The notes beneath the pieces were generated by a model that was not told where the DNA came from, did no database searches, and worked only from the letters and a program-made list of their open reading frames with translations. The translations under genes were made by a program, and so were the position numbers. From positions 25,916,001 to 25,980,000 of the forward strand of contig CAIIXF020000001.1 of the NCBI GenBank assembly GCA_903813345.2: a DNA stretch of 64,000 nt, given 5' to 3'. Below, in pieces: positions 51,048-61,508 of this stretch. Position 1 is the stretch's first letter. Every line of letters begins with the position of its first letter. The DNA comes from Owenia fusiformis. Lineage: Eukaryota.

Positions 51048-51714
51048 CTGAAAATCATAAAAATCCTGAATTACATATTGATAACATCAGTAAAACATAC
51101 GATTTCATAAACTGACATCACGGTATTAAATAACTTTAGTAATTAAACCACATGTGCTGAATGACACCTAAGTAAATTCTAATCTTGATATCAATGATGA
51201 AGTTTTGAATCCTCCAAATGCTAAATCAATTCATGGTTCCAGCCAAGTAGACAATGTCAAGCCATTTCCCAATTTTGCTGTCCATATACCTATTTCCTAA
51301 TACCAGTATTCTTTTATTTCCTTGAATATCTATCCTTTTACCAATGGTCTGCCAATGTTCAACCCAATATCCAGTCAATATATTATACTACAAGCAGCCG
51401 TGCACAGACTTTAATTAAAAATAGACTGGAAGTGTGGAATATTGGTACTGGGTGTAAATCAAGTTGAACGTAAGTACATTACAATGCAATTGTGCGTCAT
51501 ATTACAGCACTGAGGCAATCAGAGTCCATACACAATATAGATGGCAATGCCTACAGGTACATATTAGGTAAAAATCGAGCAATTACTGTACCCTTTTTTG
51601 CTTATTGGAATATATGTCAATTGGCAAATTTCAAGAAATTTTTCTCAATCTCAGGTCTGTTCATTCTTTTGATCAATAGAAAAAATTGCTGATACATTGG
51701 CTTATATCATGAAG

Positions 51715-52130
51715 AACAAGGCATTAACATAACAAAATGTCACCACCTAGTTAGTCACAATATTATGAGTTCAATCTTAAGTCAGATTTGAATTTCTGAA
51801 AACTCTGTGGATGATTTTGAAAAAATGTTCAATTTGGAACAAGTTTCTTTTATGAATGAGAAGGTCATTGAAGGTGAAATCTCAAATCTAAAGTCAGATT
51901 TGAACTTCTGAGAACTTGTAGATGATTTTGAAAAAAATTGAAGTCAGTCTAAACAGTATTTGTCAAGTTACTGGAAGTTGTAAGAATTTGTTACAGATGC
52001 TGTGATCGCCGAGTGCCATCCACCGATCACTGTCACAATAAAATGGAGACCATGACAATATGTTTAGACTGACTTCAAATTTTTTCATAATCATCTTTTT
52101 TTATGTCACTTTTTGGTGGTGACATAACAA
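51715..52130 (+). mobile_element. Short copy of the 35581-37395 HINE-like family (~2 monomers)
   Basis: Same 5' end, monomer sequence and 3' ggtggtgacataac. Confidence 0.82.
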
Positions 52131-52873
52131 TATGGCTAACAACTAAAAAAATGTTATAATGAGGTCATAGTGTTTTTATGAGTCAAGTTTAACTGTATAC
52201 ACTGTCTATGACATGCCAACTAACTATTACTAAACACTCCAGGGAATTTCATGTAGCTATATAATTGCCTTAGATTTTCAATACAATTTTTTATTCAGTT
52301 TTTCATTTTTAGTTTGAATTTGCACCTTGGCTTTAAATATTCAAAGTTTTTGTTTAAGTTTTATTGAGTTTGATTCATTTTTTTCTTATCCAATCAGCCA
52401 TTCGTGACACTTTACTCCAAGGCACCCCCCCCACACACTAATGGCTTTCCATTACCAAGAAAATAACAATTCCACAAGGATAGCTTTCTGCCATCATAAT
52501 AGATGGAAATATTGGTGTTCCTGAGTTCTTGTGAAATGTGACATCTTTATGAATAATGATGAATCTTTATGAATATAGGATCGAACCCCATGATTACCTA
52601 CATAGAGCAGTGCCTAGCAAGATATAATGTCACATTTACCAATTGTCAGTTCCCCATGCAACTTCTACTGTTCAAGAACACAGTCTAATTCGACTCTAAA
52701 CGTTCACTCTTGAAGTGCTGTCAAGTACTGCCAATTTTTACTTAATTTGAAAAAATCGCTGTAAAAACTTCATCAAGAAACCTGAACCAAAATGATTTTT
52801 TTTTAATCTTAAAATTTCTGGGCAATATAAGGGAAGGGCTACATTACCCTAGGGCTTATATAAAAGTGCTTAC

Positions 52874-52982
52874 CATTTTCTACACCTCCCATACGATGTA
52901 ATATAGGCAACCACATGAGGCACTGGGGACCCGGATCGGACATTAACGTGTCTAGGAAATCATTCACTGTGATCTTCAACTT
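52874..52982 (-). CDS. Dyb: Dystrobrevin coding exon 6 ([36 protein letters not shown])
   Basis: ttccag acceptor, gtaagc donor, 109 nt; matches [22 protein letters not shown]. Confidence 0.95.
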
Positions 52983-53294
52983 CTGGAATAAAAAATAAAT
53001 AAATATTACGATCAGCAAAATCGATATCCATAAATCTTATTTTGCAATTTTAGTACATGTGGCTATGATGATTCCTTTAATGAATATTATTTTATTTTTA
53101 AATGAAGGTAAAATAATAAAACATATTTCCAAGAAGAAATATAACATGTTATTTGCATGGCAACTTTTTTCATAATTCACAGAATAAATTGATTATCAAT
53201 AATTGGTATAGGAATATTAGACCTCAGAATATGAAAAATTGAAACTCAAGCTTTAAATTCTTAAATAAAGACTCAATAACATAGCAAATCTCAC

Positions 53295-53446
53295 CCCATC
53301 AAAGCAAGCCCTTGAAGCTGTATCATTGTAACCGAAAGATGGGCCTTCATAGACTGCTGTGGGAATTGCAAGTAGATCCTTGAGGTACTCTTCAAACTTG
53401 GACTTCACCATCACTCCATTCTTGTCTGATATCTGCATGAAAACAT
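53295..53446 (-). CDS. Dyb: Dystrobrevin coding exon 5 (YVFMQISDKNGVMV...EGPSFGYNDTASRACFDG)
   Basis: ORF track 53253..53456; ttttag acceptor, gtgaga donor, 152 nt. Confidence 0.95.
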
Positions 53447-53714
53447 CTAAAAGCAAACAATCACAAATAGTGTATCAGTAATCACCCATTCTTGTCTGAT
53501 ATCTGCATGAAAACATCTAAAAACACTCAATCACAAATAGTGTATCAGTAATCACCCATTCTTGTCTGATATCTGCATGAAAACATCTAAAAACACACAA
53601 TCACAAATAGTGTATCAGTAATCACCCATTCTTGTCTGATATCTGCATGAAAACATCTTAAAACACACAATCACAAATACTGTATCAGTGATCACCCATT
53701 CTTGTCTGATATCT
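53416..53714. repeat. 70-bp tandem repeat (4 full copies plus a partial) duplicating the acceptor and first 31 nt of exon 5
   Basis: ccattcttgtctgat at 53416, 53486, 53556, 53626 and 53696. Confidence 0.95.
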
Positions 53715-54407
53715 AACAGATCAAAACACGTCCTTAAAATACCTGTAAATCATGGTGCTTAAGATCACAAAAGGTGTGCTATATATCATAATACCTGACA
53801 CTTTATTGCAGACTGATTCTAACCTTAATAGTGACAAATAGGAAATGAAAGTATTTATATGGCGTTAATTATATATAAAGCCTGATATAAGTCTGCGGTG
53901 GTAATTAGACATCTAGGAAGTACTAAGAGACCAAGACAGATTAGACCTGATGCATAAATGAGATTGAAAAGTAAGAAGATTGTCTGACCGGAAACCTCTG
54001 AGATCAATTAGCATAGCTAGGTTTTCCTCTTGCTAATATTTTCTTATAATCTTCATACAGATAAACTGACATTTATTGTGTTGATAAGCTTTAGTTTTTT
54101 CATGTGTTGCCCATTGAACTTCCCAATCTTTCAAGAAACATTTACCAAAGCCGTTATTTTGGTTAAATTGAAAACTGCAGAGTTCTCAAATCACGAGGCT
54201 CTGTTTGTTGTCACTGTTTGTTATTTAGTGACACCACTGAGTCAATCTTCTAATCTTGAACATTTCTGAATCAAGAACTAGCTTCAGATATACAGTCAAG
54301 AAACTCCAAGAAAACATTGTACAATTGTGTATTTGACCAATCGACTTGCTTGATGTCTCAACAAGATTCATCAAGATATTAATTCCATGTATATGTACTG
54401 TACTTAC

Positions 54408-54493
54408 ATTGAAGTTTATCCACAAGTTTCCCAGAGCAGAGGGTTGATAGCACCACCTTCAAACTAAGCACCCTCACTCTGCCTTTACCATCT
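54408..54493 (-). CDS. Dyb: Dystrobrevin coding exon 4 (DGKGRVRVLSLKVVLSTLCSGKLVDKLQ)
   Basis: ttgcag acceptor, gtaagt donor, 86 nt; aligns by eye with human [28 protein letters not shown]. Confidence 0.93.
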
Positions 54494-55439
54494 CTGCAAG
54501 AGAATACAACATATGTTTATCCTTACAAAGAGAACACAATAAGCAATATATGAATATCAGAAATATACAAAAATGATATGAACTAACAAAGATCAATCAA
54601 CCTAAATGATATCCTAGCCTTGCTCGGAATTTGACGTATTTAAAAATATTATTTTGTTATTCATATTATGTTTAGTTGAAGTTTATATTTATTCAAAATG
54701 TATTTCTTATTTCAATAAAGTCTGTTGTCTTAACAACAGTGAATGGGAAGATGAATTATTAATAGAACTTAGATTGAGATGACATCAAAGTGCAGTTTTA
54801 ATGCTTTTGTGTTATGTCACTACACTCGTATATTTCTGTAGTTTATCTCTGCAGTTGGAAGTATAAAGCACATGCCAGAGTGAAAAGATCAATTCATTTG
54901 TTGACACAAGAAACAATGTGGGTAGACAGTATGAAAAGAACTTTATTTCTAGGCAAACTAAATTAATGGATATTGAAATATAATCTGGAAATGTGGTAAA
55001 CATGTATATCATATATCATTGAGGTTGTCATCCCAAAATATGGTGTTATTTAAAGCAATAATATCAACCATTCTATTGTTGAAGTTCATTAAAGGGTTTT
55101 AATGTAATGATTATCTTTATTTAAATTATTCATTATACCCAGTATTCACTCAATATTTATCAATTTGATAGGAAGAGTAAAAATATTGATGTAGATGTTA
55201 AAACTGATATCCTGTAAATACCCCTTTTGGATGGTGGTGAGATTAAAATATCAACAAAACTATTCCAAGTCTTTTCAGGGCAGAGGTACTTCTCGTAAGT
55301 TTCTAAATGACGAAGAAGATTTAAGCTCCCATAAGGCAACAAAAACTTAATGTGCGTCAGTTCTGGATAATAGTTTACTAAAAAAAAACTATTTAAAAAA
55401 AAAATGTAAATGTACAATTTGTCAGTATATGTTCCTTAC

Positions 55440-55653
55440 AGATCATATCCGTTGAACAACCAGTTAAGTGCCAAACTTATACTTTCTTCTACATCTATCT
55501 GTTGGTTGGTTGACAGCCTTTTGTTCAGGTGAAAGTATATAGAGGTCAGGATCTGTTCAACACGTGTAATATTTAATTCTGTCCCATGTTCTAGTGTGTT
55601 GAGACCATTTTCACGGAAGGCTTCAATGATGTTCCAAATATCCACTAAGTACA
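55440..55653 (-). CDS. Dyb: Dystrobrevin coding exon 3, EF-hand region (LYLVDIWNIIEAFRENGLN...LNWLFNGYD)
   Basis: ORF track 55436..55654; ttccag acceptor, gtaagg donor, 214 nt. Confidence 0.95.
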
Positions 55654-56049
55654 CTGGAAATAAAACGTATTAGAATATTAATTGATGTGGATACAATTTG
55701 CAAATTGTGATTTCTTTGTACTGTCATGTACTATCATGTATTTCTTTGTTTTTAGCTTTCATCAGTGATTCTAAAGCTTAGTCTACCAAAGAAAAGAAAA
55801 ATTATGGAATTGATGTAAAAGGGAGACTAACATGTTCTTCCTAAGACAAAATGGCACCATTTATAGTATTCACATGGCGAAAAAAGAAAAAGCTAATTTC
55901 CCCCAAAACGAGGAAAAGGAAGAGCAGGTACCAATTCAGAAAACTACAAGTACAAATCCTCCATAAAATGGATATGATCATTAATTAAGACCAAGAGAGC
56001 CCAAAACAACCCTGTTGGTGTGTAAAAGAGATTTGTAATTACTGACATT

Positions 56050-56432
56050 ATAGTCTATTTGTCACCCCTATACATCCAATAGTGAATCAGAAATTGTTAA
56101 AAGTACGATGTTTTATGGTCGAGTTATGATAATAAGGGTTTTCTGAAGTGATTTAACTGGGTTGCCAAAAAAGCTTGTTTGGGGAAAAAATTATATAGGC
56201 TGATTAGGGAGGGTTGCAATCGCTTAACATGGCGTTGACTATTGACTTAGCGTTGGGATACCACCATATACCTAGTATGTTACCATGGGAATAGATACAA
56301 AATTTTTCCCCAAAGTTATTTTTTTGGCAACCCAGCTAATTCACTCCAATAATCCCTAATGATAGTATTTACGCAGAAAAACATCAAACTTTTAACTATT
56401 CATACGTTCATAAAATGACAAATGGACTATTA
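56050..56432. mobile_element. Old degenerate fold-back/MITE
   Basis: atagtctatttgtca / tgacaaatggactat ends, with inner pairs ctgggttgccaaaaaa / ttttttggcaacccag and tttggggaaaaa / tttttccccaaa. Confidence 0.65.
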
Positions 56433-57964
56433 GCAAAGTACCAGATTGCATTCTAGTTCCTATGTACATGCATAACTAACCTGATCTGATGACTCAGGTT
56501 CACCAGTGCAGTGAAGTGAGCCAAGTCATAAATCACCATATAATAGCAGAATTATGCTTTATGAAAGCCATAATTCAAAATAGTTCCATCAAAATGAAAG
56601 CATAACATTTCGAAAATCAGTAAATGGGTAAGAATATAAATCATAAATCTATATCTTATAGTGTTATTTTCATGCTATCACGATAACCTCTGCTGAGTAG
56701 ACCATTAATCAAAATCCATTTCAATATCTTGCCATTACACGAACATAAAAATAAAGCCTCCTTAAATTGGCTTTTTGTGTATCATATTTTACTGGTACAA
56801 TATCGAAATTGATTACGAAGGACTCCAGTTTCCAATTTAAGAGTTAAGTCGTTCAGTTTGTAATTATATCAATCATCCAAAAATTGGGACACTGGCATTG
56901 ACTTGATTTCCTATTAAAAATCCTATAGATTTGTCTTTGACAAGGTTAAGCCTTATTTGAGTATTACTCCTAATAAGAACCAATGCTTGTAAATTACAGA
57001 TGGAAATCAAGAAAAATCAAAGTCTATATTACAAGCTAAGAATATGTACCTTAAAGATTCCTTTTACTTCTTGTGTGTCAAATACATGCTTTAAACTAGA
57101 TAATGGCAACTCTACAGAATAGAGTGCCAACTGCCAAACTGAACAACAAAATAGGGGGAATAACAAATGACCGAATGACTGAATAACAAAACAGTCAACA
57201 GATAGATGCATGTGCAGAATATATTACAGAGATCCATTATCCATATAACTTGAGAAATATACAAAGTCAGATATTTAATCAAGAACTTCGATTTAAAGGA
57301 CCAAAAATGACAGCCATCTAAAATAAGCAGATTATGATTCTAATTTGAAGTTTTTAAGTTTATAGTATTTTGTGAAAAATAGTGGCTATTTTGAAAAGGA
57401 CGCCTTGATTTATTTCCTTTGAGCAGTTGTTTTATACATCAACATCACGAGGATATTTTAAATATGAACCAAATTGGATGAGGACTACTTGAATTGTCAT
57501 TCAGACAGAAGGACAGATTGCTTCTCTATATCTAAGAAAAGTAATGTGTTCTAATCTGTTCCAATGTCCAAGTACATGTACCTGCTGCTATTTAAACTGA
57601 GATACTGAGACTGAGATAACACATAGATTTGTGTTTGATTATTTGCAAATGGGACAATAGAATAAACTAAACCATTCTGGATTTTGAACAATATATGAAT
57701 GTAAATCCAACAATTGTTTTACACATCTATTTCAGGTACAATTGACTTCAAATTCAGTGAGCCCAAAATACTACATTGATTGCATTATTGTATATTGCCT
57801 ACATCAGAAAACAAGGTATTAACATACAAAATATCACCACCTGCCATTTGTTACAGACATTGACCACCAACACCAAACAGCGAATACCATCCATAAAAAG
57901 TTGGAAACATATAGCTAGATATGGTTGGAATATTTAAATCTGTCACCAATTCAAGATAAATTAC

Positions 57965-58510
57965 TGTATACAATTATTGACCTCTCCAGAGGTTTACTGT
58001 CAAAATTATATCCCGAGACTGTAAACCGAGACCGTAGGTCGAGGTTTACAGTCGAGGGATATAATTTTGACAGTAAACCGAATGGAGAGGTCTATAATTG
58101 TTTTGTTAGTCCGAAGAATATCTTAGATTTTTCTGACCCTTGAAGTTGACTTGAAGTTGGATCCAGACCCTCGAGACGTTCATGTTGTATTTCAGTATAT
58201 CGGCAGTAAGTTCACTCAATGGAGTCAAATTACTCTCCTGGGCGAAGTCCACTAAAAGCTTTGTACAAAGTTTTAGATTTTTCTTCGTATTTTGACTGTC
58301 TTTACTCTCTAAGAGACTAATAATATCCTCTTCAACATTTTTGAAACGGCTAGTGCTAGCGGCGGCCATTTTATCGTCTGATAATGACGTCATTTTAGTG
58401 GAATGCTGGGAATATTATTCACCGGCAATGCATTGCGCGGTGTACAGTTAAAATTATTCACCGCTCGTTGACCAATCAAAAACGAGTATTTCAACTGAGG
58501 TACTAACAAT
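57965..58510 (-). mobile_element. Crypton-like (tyrosine-recombinase transposon) deletion derivative: terminal ~130-bp hairpin plus N-terminal ORF remnant
   Basis: Hairpin 57970-58101 centred on gacc-gta-ggtc. ORF MAAASTSRFKNVEEDIISLLESKDSQNTKKNLK...LLVDF resembles, from memory, the N-terminus of Crypton/DUF3504-type proteins. Confidence 0.55.
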
Positions 58511-59129
58511 AAATGTTATCTTATAAAGTTCCAAAGTGACCTTAATAAGTAGTTTTATTAATCTCATAATCAATATTGACCTTACAGGGAAAGTTGGATT
58601 AATTTGTCATAATATGGTGCACAAGCAATAGAACTCTATCTCAGTAAATGAAAACAACTTCTCAGATAAAAGGGAGAACAAAATGTTATCAGATTTAAAT
58701 TCACAAGACAAATGTTGACGAGAACAATTGCTCATAGAATCAATCAATATGAATTCTAGCCTGTAGATGATGGAAAATTATTTCAACATATTCAATAGAC
58801 ATGGATCAGGCTGTAGCCAGCTTTCTCCAATAGGGGTTCACTTTTCCAAAAATTCCAGGGGAGTTAACATTTTACAATTCTGGCCTAAAATCAATTTTAA
58901 AAAGTACTCAGATTGGTGAAAAACTGTATAATTTTTGGCCAAGGGGCTCGAACTCCCTGACCCCGCCTCAGGGCTACTGGCCTGAGGATTAATTCATACA
59001 ATTGTAACATCTTTCCGATATTTGTATTAAATGGATTTGCATAATAGGGAACCTGTCAAAAGTTGATGCTGGATATGGTGGGGGAGGGTCAGAGACACAA
59101 CTCGCTCAATGTTATATCAGATACTGTAT

Positions 59130-59538
59130 CACGCGGTACTAACTTTGACCGTTAATATGAATTTTTGACCTACCAGATGCTTGAAAATCAAGGATTGCGA
59201 GTCTCATACTGCACTGTTTTTCTTCAAACTTATACCATTAAAAGCAAAACAAAATTGCCTTTATGTCGGTGCATTACTTTATTGTAAAGAGTCCCTCGTT
59301 CTAGCAGCGTTTTGGTCCCCAGCTGTTAGAAGGCCTTCTTACAGATGGGGACCAAAATGCTGCTGGAAGTAGGGACTCTGTTTAAGAGAATAATGTACCA
59401 TCAGAAAGGGATTTTTGTTATGCTTTGAATGGAACAAGTTTGAACAAAAACGGTGCAGTATGAGACTCGTAAACCTTGATTTTCAAACATCGGATAGGTC
59501 AAAAATTCAAATTAAACGGTCGAAGTTAGGACCGTGTG
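59130..59538. mobile_element. Fold-back element, 409 bp, CAC...GTG ends, 5-bp TSD TGTAT
   Basis: TGTAT at 59125-29 and 59539-43; palindrome centred on agaaggccttct (~59333). Confidence 0.85.
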
Positions 59539-59596
59539 TGTATTAAAATATAAACAGCCACTACTATAAAGCATGCTTAGAGAAAATGATACTCAC

Positions 59597-59677
59597 AATT
59601 GGTTCGTTTCTGTATGAATCTAAGTTTACAAGCTGTCCTGTATGTTGCAAAACGAATCACATCGAAATTCTGTGCTC
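59597..59677 (-). CDS. Dyb: Dystrobrevin coding exon 2 ([27 protein letters not shown])
   Basis: ttcag acceptor, gtgagt donor, 81 nt; hallmark YRTACKLRF motif. Confidence 0.95.
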
Positions 59678-59866
59678 CTGAAAGACAATTATAAATATCT
59701 AATAAACATTTATAAATGATTTTCATGTTCAAGTCGACAAATTAGAGTGATGTAACATTGTTTGCAATGTTTCATGGTGTGATAAGTCTATATATCACTT
59801 ATATGTACTTATGCATGTCTAACTAATAAATCATCAGAATCATACTTGCATTATAACATGACTTAC

Positions 59867-59954
59867 TCATATCAGTGACGAGGTGCTTGTAGGCAGTGTT
59901 GGAGCGCTTGGAGGGGGTTGTGCTGGTCTCATCTAGCATGGTTGTATCCTCCAT
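59867..59954 (-). CDS. Dyb: Dystrobrevin first coding exon (exon begins at 59968 after tgcag; MEDTTMLDETSTTPSKRSNTAYKHLVTDM)
   Basis: Acceptor AG at 59969-70, ATG at 59954, donor gtaagt at 59866. The 88 coding nt (phase 1) join exon 2 to give ...[11 protein letters not shown], like human ...EMRAQDLDRIR. Confidence 0.85.
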
Positions 59955-61411
59955 TGAACCAAGATGTCCTGCAAGTATTCAAAGAAACACATATCATTAC
60001 TAATAATGTTTAATGTATGATTAACATGGTTTTCTCTAATGAATACCTCAATATTACACTCATTTTAATACCTCATTTTAAACAACACCTTTTCAAAACT
60101 ATGTTCCTCAATTTACTAATTCTGAACATGGCACAAATAAAATTCTGTATTTCTGGTAAACACATTTCTCTGGTAAACACATTTCTCTGGTAAACACTTC
60201 TCTCTGATAAACACTTCTCTGCATATTGCGCCAAACACATTCTCCGGCAAGTACTTTGAATACATCTCTCTCCATGTCTTACTCCATTGTAAATACTTGA
60301 ATACTTCAGTTTTTGGAAAAACACTTCCTTTACTTGAACCATGCTATACCAGACTTCACAATACTCACATGTCAAACATTTCCCATATTATCCTTGATTA
60401 TTTACAGTTCTATGGGTTCAAACCTTCAAATCACCTGTCTTAAATGACAGTTTTGTTGAATGATACCAATCTTCCTCAAAGTATTGACAATTTTGACAAG
60501 TACATCTTGATATAAACATTTTGCAGCATAGACATCTTCCAGACTACTGTTTGAAGATCATCTAAGAGTTAGTCCGGTGGCCAAGAAGGAAGGGGTCGTT
60601 TTAGGGTATAAAGTTTTTTTCTTTGCATATTCTGATAGTACTTGACATTCTTAAGTAAATTAAACAATCTGCAAAATTTTATAGGTTGAGCATTTTTTTC
60701 TGCTGACTCAGCAAATTTTTTACTTTATTTTTCAATTATTCTAATTTATCTCACTGAAAAATATATTGTGAGGTTATATTAAGCACTTATTTAACACAGA
60801 CCTCTTCAAAACTCGACAAATGCATAAAATTATAATGTCTTAAAAAGTGCTGAGTCATCATTTTTTCTAGTAATTGTTTTTTTGCAGATTTATATCGCTA
60901 ATCTTAGAAAATCCAAGTTTTAAGATCAATATTTCACAAACTAATGCATTTGTAGGCAAAGGCAAATTGCTTTTAATTGGTTATTATCCCAGACATAGAG
61001 TGAAGTCCTCCACCCATTCGTCTGTTATCAAGATGGCCACCACTTTAAAAATGACGGGACTATTTCGCGAAAATATTAACTCTTTATTTTTAAACCAAAG
61101 TACTGAATATTTTTTTTAAAATTTTGGTAGTATATTCACAACATCCATCTTTTCCACATATATTCTATGTTTTTCACCCTGCCCCCCCCCCCCCCGGGCT
61201 GAGTATAGGAGGGAGGGGGTGGGGAAAAAGAAATTTTCATTAATTTTGAGATCTTTCTGAAGTGTAGCTTTATTATACTCAAATGAAAGGCAATTTAGAG
61301 TGGATTGCAAATATTGTATCATTTTTCTGATTCAGACCTCGAAAAATTCAAAATGGCTGCCTAATGTAGGATTACACAATAATTTCCTGATCCATTCAAA
61401 GTATGTCTATA

Positions 61412-61508
61412 TGGCCGAGAGGGCTTGAGCGCCAGCACGTTCAAACTAGGCAATTAGGTGCTGTAACCACGAGTTTGAGACGTGTGTGCTCCTTGTGTTT
61501 ATTCATTT
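61412..61508 (+). mobile_element. Probable tRNA-derived SINE fragment
   Basis: A-box-like tggccgagaggg and B-box-like gagtttgagac; a second copy lies inverted at 3157-3232. Confidence 0.5.

Larger units (their letters stand above)
360..59968 (-). other. Dyb: Dystrobrevin gene span (partial: the 5' non-coding exon lies upstream and the 3' exons lie left of the window)
   Basis: Twelve GT-AG exons with consistent phases. The joined translation follows vertebrate alpha/beta-dystrobrevin motifs in order: [39 protein letters not shown] finger, PEK.L.L.HIV, DDEHRLIARYAARLA, QRQLIAQLE.KN. Confidence 0.96.

Noticed and set aside
61412-61490. Functional tRNA gene
   Set aside because: A- and B-box-like motifs only; I could not fold a cloverleaf, and a second partial copy indicates a repeat.
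3157-61508. Inverted SINE-like pair flanking most exons as a circRNA driver
   Set aside because: Only ~70 bp, diverged and 58 kb apart; pairing is implausible.
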